Shown piece after piece: positions 13,058-24,400 of a DNA stretch of 64,000 nucleotides (position 1 is the stretch's first letter; each line of letters starts with the position of its first letter). The stretch is from Felis catus (Eukaryota), in assembly GCF_018350175.1 (NCBI RefSeq), contig NC_058368.1, forward strand, positions 173,478,001 to 173,542,000, in the 5' to 3' direction. Made by a program: the position numbers and the translations under genes. The notes beneath the pieces were generated by a model that saw nothing but the letters and a program-made list of their open reading frames with translations, did not search any database and had not been told where the DNA came from.

Positions 13058-16000
13058 CTTTCTTATTCCTCAAACATCCCAAGTTTGTTCCCACCTTAGG
13101 ACCTTCACACTGCCTATTTCCTTTGCCTGGAATGCTTTTCCTTCTCATTGTTCAGGTCTCAGTTCACATGTTGCTTCCTCAGGGAGGCCTCCTCAGGCTC
13201 TTCCTAAAGGGCCACTGCATTCAGTCACTGTATCACATAACCCTGTTTATTTCTGAGCACTTGTCCTCGCTTATTACCATCTTAAGTTTTTATTTTCCTA
13301 ATTACTCTCTATCACCCCCTCCCCCGCCACCCACAAAGAAGGTCTTGATTGTTTTGGTCCCCTTGCCCCTACCCAGAGCCTGGCATACAGTAAGCACTTA
13401 ATAAAGATTTGTGTATTGATTATGCAATGGAATCCTTGTTTCCAGTAGGCCCCATGGCTGCCTGGTCCTGCTTTGGAATGTCTCTCTCCCTCCCCCAGAC
13501 ATGACTAATTGAGGACACTGCCTACCTTACCTTAGGGCCCCAATGCCTTCCTGGGATGCCATCCCAGAACTCCAGTCCTGCCTCCTAGACTGGCCTACCC
13601 CAGCAGGCAGCTAAATTTGAGAGCCCCTCTGCCCACCTGTGAGTTCATCTTGCCCCAGTGCCCGGGTTGAAGGCCAGATGGCAGCCTTGGTGGGTGGGCA
13701 GAGACACCTGCAGATTCCCCATCTGAATCACAGGCCTGCTCCAGGCATCTCCATCTCCTGCCCACCTCTCCACCCCTTGCAGGCCTCCGGGTGAGCGTCC
13801 CTTGGCGGCACCTCCTGCCACATTCATCCCCATTAGCCGCCGTCCACACTGGGCCGGAGGGAGATCAATTACCAGTGCTGGCCACTGAACCGTGCTAATG
13901 AGGATGTACGCTCACGGGGCCGCCCGGCTGGAGGCAGAGACGGGTGGGAGGGGCAGGGGAGGCAGCCTAGGCCAGCTACCTCACTAAAGGCATGGTGGGG
14001 TGGGGAGGGAAGCTCCCTCTAGAGATCCTACAAGAAGCCCCCGGTGGGGCAGGGACCCCAGGCACCAAGCTTTAGCTCAAGCTGTGTGAGGGAGAAGAGG
14101 AAACAGCCTGGCTGGGGATTAGGGACTCAGGAAGCAGGGTGACTCTGCTGAGAAGAGGGGCATCCTCAGACCTGGACAAATAAGACGCCCCCTGAGTCTT
14201 CGCTCAGGCCCTCCCTCTGCCAAAGGTGCCCTCCCTGTGTCTGCCCCACACCCCAAGGACCAGTTCAGAGATCTCTGTCTCCAAACTCACCCCCAACAGA
14301 AAAATCACCCCCTCTTGGCTCCCAGGCCTCTTTTAGACCTTGCACTGCTCAATTCTGGCTATGCCAGATGGTGCCGTTCTGTATGAAAAGACGCTTGACC
14401 TCTTGTAAGAGCAATGCAAAGGAAAACCACAAGGAGAGACCATTTCCTTCTATCAGATTGGCAAAGATAGAAAAGCTGGATAAAGGCGGCGCTGGCCCTG
14501 GCTGCTGGGAGCAGGAGGGGCAGGTGGGGCTTTATGTAAACGGGTGTGATCACTTCAGAGGGCAATTTGGCAATAGCTATTTAAATTAAAAATGCACATG
14601 CCCTTTAACCCAGGCCATTCGCTTCCAGGCACTTATCCTCTGAGATATAACCGCGCAAAGACAAAAGTACAAGAGTGTTCGCTGCCTGGAAACATCCTGC
14701 ATGTCCATCAGGAGTGGCCGAGAAAGTCCATGAGGCCTCATCACACAGTGGGACATCCCGGCCTCCTCGTCCGTGGAGTGAGATAAGCAGAGTGCCCATC
14801 TCCAGGCTGTTTGGGGAAGTAGATCAGTTAATATAAATAAAGTGCTTAGAGGAGCATCTAGCACATACTAAGTGTAAGTTCTCACCATTATTATCGGTTT
14901 GCTATTGTTGAAAAGAATTGGGTGGGTCTATACATACTGATATGTAATTATCTCCCAGAAATGCTGGTCAGTGAAAAAGGCAGACAGACAGAAGATTCTG
15001 TTAGAGGCGCCAGTCGCGCAGTATGTGGATTGGGTTTGGGCTTGCTTTGTTTCTTGAGGAGATCTGCTTTTGAATGCATAGACCATCTCTGGGAGGACTA
15101 GGCTGGCAGGGGACTAACAATAGTGGCTGCCTCCGGGGAGGAGAAGGTGACCAGGAGACAGGGGCCAGAAGGGATTTGCACATATCCTTCCATGCCATTT
15201 GCGGTTTTTAACCACATGCCTGCACCACCTATTCAAACACATAAATCACTTGTCAAGACTGGTGACTCACCTGCCTGAATCTCCCACTGGACCCTGAGCC
15301 CCCTCAGGACAGAAATAGTGTTGGAGCTGTTGCCAAGTTCGGGGCACCCAGCAGCACGGCCAGGCACACACAGGTACCTGCAAATGTTGGCTGGCAGGCA
15401 AACCACCACATTCCATGTGGCCCCCTGCCCAGAACCCCCTCTCCCCAGGCATGATTCCCGGGAGACTCCCACAGTGGGAGCGGGGGGCATGCTGGAGCAG
15501 CCGGGGGACAGTTTGACCTGATCAGGAGGCAGAGCTGAGAGCTGATTTCCAGAGGATCATTCCTGGAGGCAGGACCCAGGTGTCCAGGTATCTCCAGGCT
15601 CCCAGGCACCTAAGCCTCTGCCAGGGACTAGAGCTTTGGGCCACGGCAGAGGCCCCTCTGTATACAGGTTACTGATGTCCCCATCTGTCTGTGTAGCTGC
15701 ACAGGGGACCAGGTAGGCATTACCAAGGCAACACTGCCAAGGGGCTAATTGTGTCTTTCACACCTCGGATGGGCTGAGTTCCAGGCCCCCAGATGCAAAA
15801 CTCCGCCCATCAGGCTAATGCCTGGGCTGAGGAGCAGAAATGAGGCCCCAGGCCCAGGAAGGGACCTGCTGGGGTCAACTCTGCCATCAGCCCTGACTGG
15901 AGGCCACCCTTCTCTGTAGCCCTGTCCTCTCGTCCAGTGAATCAGTGGCCACTCCAGCCTAAACCCCAGGAGAGAGGGCTTGGCTTCGCCTCTAACCAGA

Positions 16001-16669
16001 GCCTGGGAGTGGAGCCCAAGTGGGAACAGCTTGATTATCACCATCCATCAGGTGAGGGACAGGGAGGCAAAACATGGCTTGCCCCTGCAGGGAAACACCC
16101 CAGCAGTCACTCAGGGAAACACCCCTACAGTTACACGGAATGAAGCAGCTTTACACGCAGAGACATGACTAAGTCCTCAAAACACATTGTGGGGGTTGGA
16201 AAAGCAAGCTGCAGCAAGACAGGGGCAGTATCCTGCCGCTTCAAACACACACACAATGATACCGAACCTTTTCCCTGTGTATGTAATACGAGTGCAAGAT
16301 TTTAAAAATGTAAAAATGTCCGGAAGGATCTATAGTTCACAGCTGTGATGACAAGGGAGAAAGGCACGGGAGGGGAATGGAATGGGGCAGTAATTTAGTT
16401 TTAGTTTCATCCATTTTCTAAAGTAGATTGTGCTCCTATTTTACCTATGCTATCAAAATAATTTAAAATTAAAAGTCTTTGCTCCATCTTGCTTTTTCAT
16501 AGAAAGCAAGACCACTCTCTGACCACCCCATTTAATACCAAGGCCCACCCCCAACCCCCACACCCCCAAGGCCGCCTACTCTCTCTGATATTCCCATAGC
16601 ACTCACACACCTCCTCCCCTGTGAGTGCCTCATTCAACGCTCACTGTGTGGTATTTTCTTCCTTCCTAG

Positions 16670-17224
16670 GTGGGGTGGGCAGCTCTAGCCCAGGGAAAGA
16701 GCCCTGCCCACTGCCTGTTCTCATGTAGCTCCAGAGCTAAGAATGGTTTTATGTTTTTTAATGGTTGATTATCAAAAGAGGGATAATATTTTGTGACACA
16801 TGGAAATTATATGAAATTCAAATTTCAGTGTCCAGGAAATTTTATTAGATCACTGCCATGCCCATTTGTTTGTTTTGTTAAGAGCTCCTTTCTTTAAAAA
16901 AAAAAAAATTTTTTTTTAACGTTTATTCATTTTTGAGAGACAGAGACAGAGCATGAGCAGAGAAGAGGCAGAGAGAGAGGGAGACACAGAATCCGAAGCA
17001 GGCTCCAGGATCTGAGCGGTCAGCACAGAGTCCGAGGCAGGGCTCGACCTCACGAACTGCAAGATCATGACCTGAGCCAAAGTCGGACCTTCAACCGACT
17101 GAGCCACCCAGGTGCCCCAAGAGCTCCTTTCTACCATAAAGCAGAGTTGAGTGATGGTTGTATGCCCTGAAAGCTTAAAATGTTTACTATTTGGCCCTTT
17201 GCAGACAAAGGCTGCCAACCCCTG
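16670..17224 (+). mobile_element. MER58B-like hAT-Charlie element interrupted by a Can-SINE
   Basis: GAGCTAAGAATGGTTTT...AAATTCAAATTTCAGTGTCC...GCCAACCCCTG. Confidence 0.75.
16894..17118 (-). mobile_element. Can-SINE
   Basis: 14-bp TSD AAGAGCTCCTTTCT at 16880 and 17119. Confidence 0.92.
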
Positions 17225-18292
17225 GTCTGGACTGTGAGCACCACAAGGGTGGGGAGATCTTCACTTTGTTCCTTATGTATCCTTGTCCTACAGTGTCTGA
17301 CATATCGTAGGTGCTCAGTAAATCTGATTGAGTGAATGGAGATATATGTGTTGGAACATGTTGCCTGGACCTCCTAGAGGAAGCGACCCCCCCCCTCCCC
17401 CCACAGCATGCAGGGGCCTAAAGGTGGGCTCAGGCCAATGTCATTGACTCTGAGTCCTTGGAGAAGAGTCCAGACGGTGGCAATGCCTGGATTTAGCACT
17501 GACAGGGTCACCTCCAGGTCTCTGGAACCACGGAATGGACTTGCTCAGCCACAGGGGCCTCCCCTGCGATGACGCCCACACCTGCAGCCCCTCCCTGTCC
17601 CCAGCTGATTCTGCTGCACTGCATGGACTGTGCTCTGGTGCCCTCTGGTGATCACTGGGAGTGGTTCCCTCCAAGGTACGCACTACCTTAGCCTCACTGG
17701 CCATCTTCTGAAAGGAAACCCTACCCCAGCCTCCTCAGCCCGTCTGACCTCCTCAACAAGAATTCACCAGTCCAGGATCTCTCTTTGCTTTCCAGTTCCC
17801 CACTCTGGAGTAGACGGATGTCACAGAATGCCCTCCCGCCAAGCTGATGCCAGAGGCTGCCAGCAGCATTCCTCCGGTTAGACAATGCAGGCCCAGGGCT
17901 ATGTGAGGCTCCCAGGCTGCAAGAAGATGGCCACCTTTGTCGTCACTAACGTGCACTCCTCCCTGACAGAGGGTGGGTGCCCTTGGTTCCCATGGCCTAG
18001 GGACCCACCTAGAGGGATGGGCAGGGGGTGGCCTTATAAGCTTCCTTGTGTTTTCTACGCATCTGGACAGATCCCCTTCTGGGTAGGAACTCCTCAGCAC
18101 AAGGAAAAGAACTGCTTCAGCTTCCACTTTGGGGACAGGAAACATGTCTCTAACCAGCATGAAGTGCTGTCACCACATACACATTATGCCATTAGCAATT
18201 GTTCCATCTGTCTCTGCCAAGAGACTGCGGGCTCCAGGACAAGGGCAAGTTTGAACTGTCTTGGTAACCCCAGCCTCCAGCCAGGGCCTGAG

Positions 18293-18472
18293 TGGATGGT
18301 GGTGGATGGGGGCAGTGGATAGATGGATGGATGGATGGATGGGTGGGTGGATGGATGGATGGGTGGGTGGATGGGTGGATGGATGAGTGGATAGGTGGAT
18401 AGATGGTGGATGGATTGGTGGGTGGGTGGGTGGGTAAGTGGGTGAATGGTGAGTGGAAGATGGACAGATGGA
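18293..18472 (+). repeat. (GGAT)/(GGGT) compound tetranucleotide repeat
   Basis: Read directly from the sequence. Confidence 0.9.
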
Positions 18473-19234
18473 TATCATAGAGCAAAACTGAGCTTTGGAG
18501 AATTCTGGGTCCCCAGCCAGAGTCACAGCCACTCCTACCAGTCATACCTATCCCATCTCATCAGTCCCATTGCCAAATATATTCTGGTTCTACCACTTCC
18601 CTCTGCCTCTCAACCACCCCCACCTCTTCAGCACCCCAGGCTCCTTCATGCCAAGCCCACCCCAGCTTCAGGACCTCTAGGGAAACTGGCACCAAAACCT
18701 AGAACACTATTCCCCTGGAGCTTCCCAGAGATGGCAGCCCCTCCCACCAGCCCATTAAGGGGTCCCTTCTCCCAGGCACCCAACTGTCACTGTCTAGCCA
18801 TCACTCTCTTCATAGCGTATACTACTAGCATGAATGTTTATGTGCCTACTTGTGTTTGTGTCTCCTGCACAAGAATGCAGCACAAGGGCCAGGACCTTGA
18901 CCTTTTCTGCTCTACTTCCCCACCCCTGAGCAGATGCTCAGCTCACACTTGGGGAGTGATAGGTTACTGCCCCTCACTAGTTGGCATTTCAAGTGTGCAG
19001 GTTTCACCTAGACTTGGCAGAAGGGCAGGACTGGTGCAGTGCAACACCAAGAGGGGTCAGACCTGGGTGCCTCTTCCCGGCTGTGTGCTCTGGGCAACTC
19101 GTTCCCCTGAGCCAGTTTCCTCATCAGGAAAGGACTCTCCACCTCACAAGGTGTTGCGAGGTTTCAGGGAAAATGAAAATGAAAACATTTAAAATCAGAG
19201 ACCACAAGACACACGCACAATATCGTGAGCTGCA

Positions 19235-19240
19235 TTTATT
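19235..19240 (-). terminator. TSPAN17: TSPAN17 polyadenylation signal AATAAA
   Basis: AATAAA followed about 15 nt later by GU-rich TTGTGCGTGTGTCTTGTGGT. Confidence 0.75.
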
Positions 19241-19409
19241 GTAGCATGTATAAACCACCCGCCACCTGTGTCTTTCGGAGGCCTGAGGACACAGTCCAGC
19301 CTGCATCTGGGAGCCACAGTGCTGGGCACATGACCCACACCCCGCCCACCTGCAGCAGCTCCCAGAAGGCCTGAATCGCAGAGCGGCCAGAGACCCACGG
19401 GTGACTGCT

Positions 19410-19720
19410 CCAGAGGGATCCACAGTGGCACGGGGCCCAAAGCTGGCCCCCACACCTTTTGTTTGGCTAGCAGCGTTCAAAACGTTTTTTCATTAGTTGC
19501 CAACAACTTAAAAATTAAGATATTTCACATAAAACTCTGGCTCTTTGGCTTCTCCAGATGTCTCACATTAGACCCACATTCCCACTTTACAGTAACTAGC
19601 TACAGCTGAATGACAGCCACGACTTTCAGGTGGGAAACTGCTTTGCCACAGTCCCCACCACACCCATTGTAACTCAAAGCCAGTTGCCATTAGCGACTCA
19701 ATCATGCAAATATTTCTCAT
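19410..19720. mobile_element. MER102-like hAT relic within the TSPAN17 3' UTR
   Basis: TTAGTTGCCAACAACTTAAAAATTAAGATATTTCACATAAAA resembles MER102 as I recall it; boundaries approximate. Confidence 0.45.
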
Positions 19721-20812
19721 TACAAAGCAGTCTCTGTGTCCCATCTCCAGTAATAGTGGGAAAAATCAAAGTTGCACTACAAAGGCCTCACAACGCAAAG
19801 GCCCACTTTATTTATTTTTATAACCCACCTGGCCCTGAGGGCATCTAAGTTAGAGATCTATGAACTAGCCCAAACCTCTCCTTTCATCCACAAATGCAGG
19901 GGGATGGACAGTCACTCCATATACCCCCTTTGTGCAGATCTGAAAGCAGCAGCCAGACTTCCCAAATCTGAGCCATTTTACTCCTTTAGAAGTCTATAAA
20001 TTCCCTGAACCCCAAAGAGCTAGTAAGCAGGGTGGACACACCAGGCACAGGGCTATACCTTGGATGAGGTTGCCCTAGGAAAGCTGGACGCAGGTAATGC
20101 TGTGCTGATGCGCACTCTGGTGGCCATGAAGCAGCTCTGCAGGCCACCAGGAAGATTTTTGAACTGGATTCCAAGGGAGCCTAGGAGTCAAAACCATCAA
20201 TGGCCCCCAAACCTGGCTCCCCCTATCCCCATGGGTGCCAAGCTCAGGCTTCCAGCTACTCCTTCCCAAAACCTTCCCGATCTCCATCCCACCCCTCAGC
20301 CCCTCTCCTGGGCATGCCTGGCACCCATCTGAGTCCCCAGGAGGACCAGACCCCTCCCAGGCTGTGGCCTCTTCGGGGCAGGCTCCAGCCTCCCCATTCT
20401 CACTCCCATGCTTCAATCCGGGCTTGGCCCACAGCAGCCTCGCAGCATTTGCAGGGGAAAACCCTGCAGAGGTGGGGGAGGCCAACTCCCAGCCTACAGG
20501 GTCAGGCAGGGCACTTAGGTGAGCAGAACACGCCAGGCAGAGAACGGGAAGCATATGTCCCAGGAGATGATGCCACTGAAGAGCCGTTGTGGCCAGATGG
20601 CCATTCTTCACAAGATGCCGGGGAGCTGGACTTTTATGTGAAATATACCAAGTTTTAAAGGTTGGCTCAATTGTATATGCTGCCTAGGCCAAGAAAACAC
20701 GCTGGCAGGGTGCATCCGGGCCGGGGCCCCAGGTGGAGAGTACTGCTGAGGCCCTGCCGCTGACAGAACCTTCGAGATGGTGGGCGTAAGCCAGTGGTTT
20801 TCAAGGTTTTGT

Positions 20813-20849
20813 TTATTTGAGTAGTTTGTAGCCATCATCATGTTTGATC
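20813..20849 (-). CDS. TSPAN17: Candidate TSPAN17 alternative terminal exon 9, coding part ((W)IKHDDGYKLLK*), 281-aa isoform
   Basis: Strong acceptor TTTTTTCTCCCTCGCTTGCCTCTCAG|G at 20850; in frame with the phase-2 donor at 21395. Confidence 0.65.
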
Positions 20850-21391
20850 CTGAGAGGCAAGCGAGGGAGAAAAAATTCTTGGACCCATTTTAAAGTCTGA
20901 GACATTGAGGCCAAAGGGGGCTTCTGGCAGGGTCAAGGTCACAGCTAGTAGAGAAGACAGCTCTGAGGCTGCATGAGGCTGTGTCCCCAGCAACAGCAGG
21001 CCCCAAGCCTGCCCTAATAGCCATGCACACACAGACGTGTGTCTCAGCCTGAGCGGGGGGCCCCTTCCACCCCACCTCACCCCACCAGGCCTGGACCCTC
21101 TTAGCTGGGCCATTCCTAGTCCCCTGGAGAGCCCACCACCCAACCACAGCCGCAATGGTGGCTCCCTGTGCACACTCACACACACCTGCCCTCCATGCAC
21201 ACAGCTCCAGGACAGGCAGCCCGGGCAGAGGCACACAGCTTTCTCTACAGGTGCACAGCGCACACACACTCAAGCTCCCTATGGAGTGGAAATACCATAG
21301 CCTTGCCCATCATGGGTATAGTGGCAGGGGAAGGGGTGGGGGGCGGGTCCCTGGGTAGGCCAGGCAGGTGGCCATGGCCAGTGTGTCAGCC

Positions 21392-21457
21392 TCACCAGTT
21401 GGCCTTCACTGCCTTGATGTCACTCACAAGGTTCTGGGCCAGGCAGATACCAAAGAT
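21392..21457 (-). CDS. TSPAN17: TSPAN17 coding exon 8 ([21 protein letters not shown])
   Basis: CAG|ATC acceptor; TGA stop at 21392-21394 overlaps a TG|GTGAGG donor. Confidence 0.95.
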   Translation of the reverse strand: MFGICLAQNLVSDIKAVKANW

Positions 21458-24400
21458 CTGTAGGACAAAGAGGCAAGTGAGGGAAAGTCTGCCGGCGGGG
21501 CAAGGGCGTGGGGGGGCATGCTGTGCTGAGTCAGTACCTGGAGGAGGGCGATGCCCACAAAGACCCCAGCCACAACGATCAGGTTGTCCTGCAGCCACTT
21601 CTCAAACTGGCCCACACAGCCTTTGGTGTGGATGGAGCCCTGCTGCTCCAGCTCCTGGGGACACACAGGCAAGGGGCTTGGCCCACCCACCCCCACAGGC
21701 CTCCTCTCAGCCTAGACTGCCAAGCTTGTCTCCACCCCAGCGCCTTACACCTTTGCACCTGCTGCCTGGATGGAGCTCTACCACAGGGCCTTTGCATGAT
21801 AGATTCCTTCTGGTCATCAGAATCTCGGAACAGATGCCCCCTCCTTCAGGAGGTCTTCCCTGACCACCCGGCCCCAATCCTATCAACCTCCCTTACTTTA
21901 TTTGCATTCAAGCTCTTGGTTGAAATGGTCACATTACTGTTCACATGTATTTATCCATTAGCTTTCTGTCTTTCTCCCTCTACTAGTGTGGGAGCTCCTT
22001 GAGAACAGGGGCTCTGTCTACCTAGCTCATGACCATGAATCCCTAGCATCTAGGGCACTGCCAGGTGTGAGCACCAGTGGGTGCTCGACAAAGAGCTGCA
22101 ACGAACAAACACACATGTGTATGTGCTCACGGGTCCACTGCCCCCATGTTTGGAAGTACAAGCTCTAGATGCCTGGATGGTTCCTAGGACTCAGTACCCC
22201 CTCCCCCACAGAATTCCTGAGACCTCACAGAGGAACTTATGGGAGGCTGTCCTTTCCATCCCAATGCCCCCAACTCTGTCCCCACCCCTCTCACCAGCTT
22301 GAGCCGGACATCGTAGCCACACTGGGTGTTGAGGACATCTTCCTGAGGAGAAATAGGCCAATAAGCAAGTTGGTGAGGGGATATCCCACGGGGGCCCATG
22401 ACACCCAGCACTGGAGTGGTTCTTGCTTCTCGGGGGAAGCAGATGGAACCATGGACTCCGCCATGCCCACCACTCCTAGACAAGGCTCACAGAGGCCCAC
22501 ACACCTCTTTCCTTGGTGCCAGGACACATGGCTACAAACGCCAGCCTGAGCTGCCTCCTGTTTAGGAATCCTGCCTGCTCGTGTTTTCTAAGAATGGGAA
22601 GAATCCTGGCCCTCAGTGTCCCAGGTGAACTGTGCTGGGAGAGAAGTCACCGGGAGAAGTTTCTGCTCTGAAGAAAGCCATACAAGGGGTCAGAAGCCCC
22701 ACGCCCGACCACACCAGCATGGCGGCCCAGTGGTGTGGCAGCTGCCTCACTACAATCATAGAGACAGGTTTTGCTGAAGGGGCGCAGGCCCCACTGCTGC
22801 CCACGGACACAAACTCCTCAGTGTAGGAGGGGTGCTCCCATTTAAAATGACTCCCACCCCCGGCACCCAAGGCCCCCAGAGCAGGGCTGAGCCCAGCAAG
22901 CCCTGTGGTGTATTTTTCCCACACTTGGTCTGTGCACAGCAATGCCCCGCCCCTCCTCACCACATCCCACTCACCGCAGGGTCCCGGACGCAGCAGGAGA
23001 AGGGCACCCCGCAGCGCTCCCGGCTCGGGTTCAAGTCAGTGCAGTTGAAATAGATATTGAGGTTCCAATCATTAGGCCCTCGGGCTCCGCAGCAAGACCA
23101 CTAAGGGGCGAGAGGAGAGCCCTAGGTGAGCCAGGCCCACCCCAGGAGCCCCATCCAGTTTGGAGACAGGCCCAGGCTACAGGGAGACAGGGCAGGGCTG
23201 TGCTGCGAGGGGGTCTAGGGGCAGCTAAGCAGGTGGGCCCCTCCTCACCCTCCCAACAGAAAGGCCAGACCTAAGCCCAGACCCATCAGAGCATCACTAT
23301 GCTCCTGCCCAGGTTGGTGGGGGCAGGGGGGTACTGGGAAGGGGTGCCCTGAGAAGTGGGTATCAGGCCAAGCCCTGTGGGGGAAGGTACCACTGAACCC
23401 CATGTCTGTACTGGGTCTTCCCACACTTGCCCCAGAGATTTTGCGAAGACTTTCTCTCTTCCTCTCTGCAGGGACAAGAGGGTAACCCTGTCACCGTCAT
23501 ACACCCTTACACTTCATAAATGCCAAGGCAGCACCTGTATCCCCAACACCTCTACCCAGAATATCGTGCACTGCCTCCCTAGGCGTGGCAATAGTGAGTG
23601 AGGCCGCACTGAAACTAGCTCGTGAGTCAGGGGAGGCAGGAGCACATGCCTTAGACCACCCAACACAGAAACCAGCCCTCAAGGGACCAGCTTAATGCAG
23701 ACAGAGATAGGCCCCTATGGGCAGAGCAGGGAGAGTGAGGCCTGGCCAGCGGCTGTGTGTGCACAGGTCCCAGCAAACAGCCTGGCCTCTGCCGGCCTCT
23801 TCTCGCTCTGCTCAGCACCTGATGTTCCTGTTGGGGAACATCTGCCCCTCTTTCCACAACCCTGCTTCTTCTCCAAGGCCTTCCTCTTCTCCACCCTTCC
23901 TCATTTCAGCTCTTACCACTATTCACAATTTTGTATACACGCGTGCGCGCACACACGTACATTTGTCTGTTTTGCTTATCATCTGTCTCTTGCCCCAGAC
24001 TGCCATCCCCATGAGGACAAGTCCCAGCTTTTTTCACCACTGAATTCCCAGCAACCTTCCCAGGGTCTGGCACACAATAAACCTGTACTAATTCTGTGTT
24101 AAACAAATAAATCACATCCTAACTGCCTCACTATAGGTCTGCTCTGTCCTGAGTTGAAAAGTCCTCAAAGAGGTACCAGCTCTGGGTCATCTCTGGATCC
24201 CGGAACAGTCTCTTGGGTTGATGGCCCTGAAGGCATGTAACTGTGGAAGTGGATGTGACTGGGTGAGACTATGTGTAAGTGGGTGTGAGTGGATGAGGAG
24301 GTGCAGGCGGGAGGTGTCTAGGATCTCGTGAACTGTTCACTGACTGCTTCTTCACATTGGTTAAGTATAGAGTTTAAGAGCAGAGCTTTGGTTGAGGGGG

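Noticed and set aside
18170..19192. ORFs with HPSIHPP repeats and the 248-aa ORF
   Set aside because: Translations of the GGAT repeat and of L2/MIR-like sequence; no domain or splice support.
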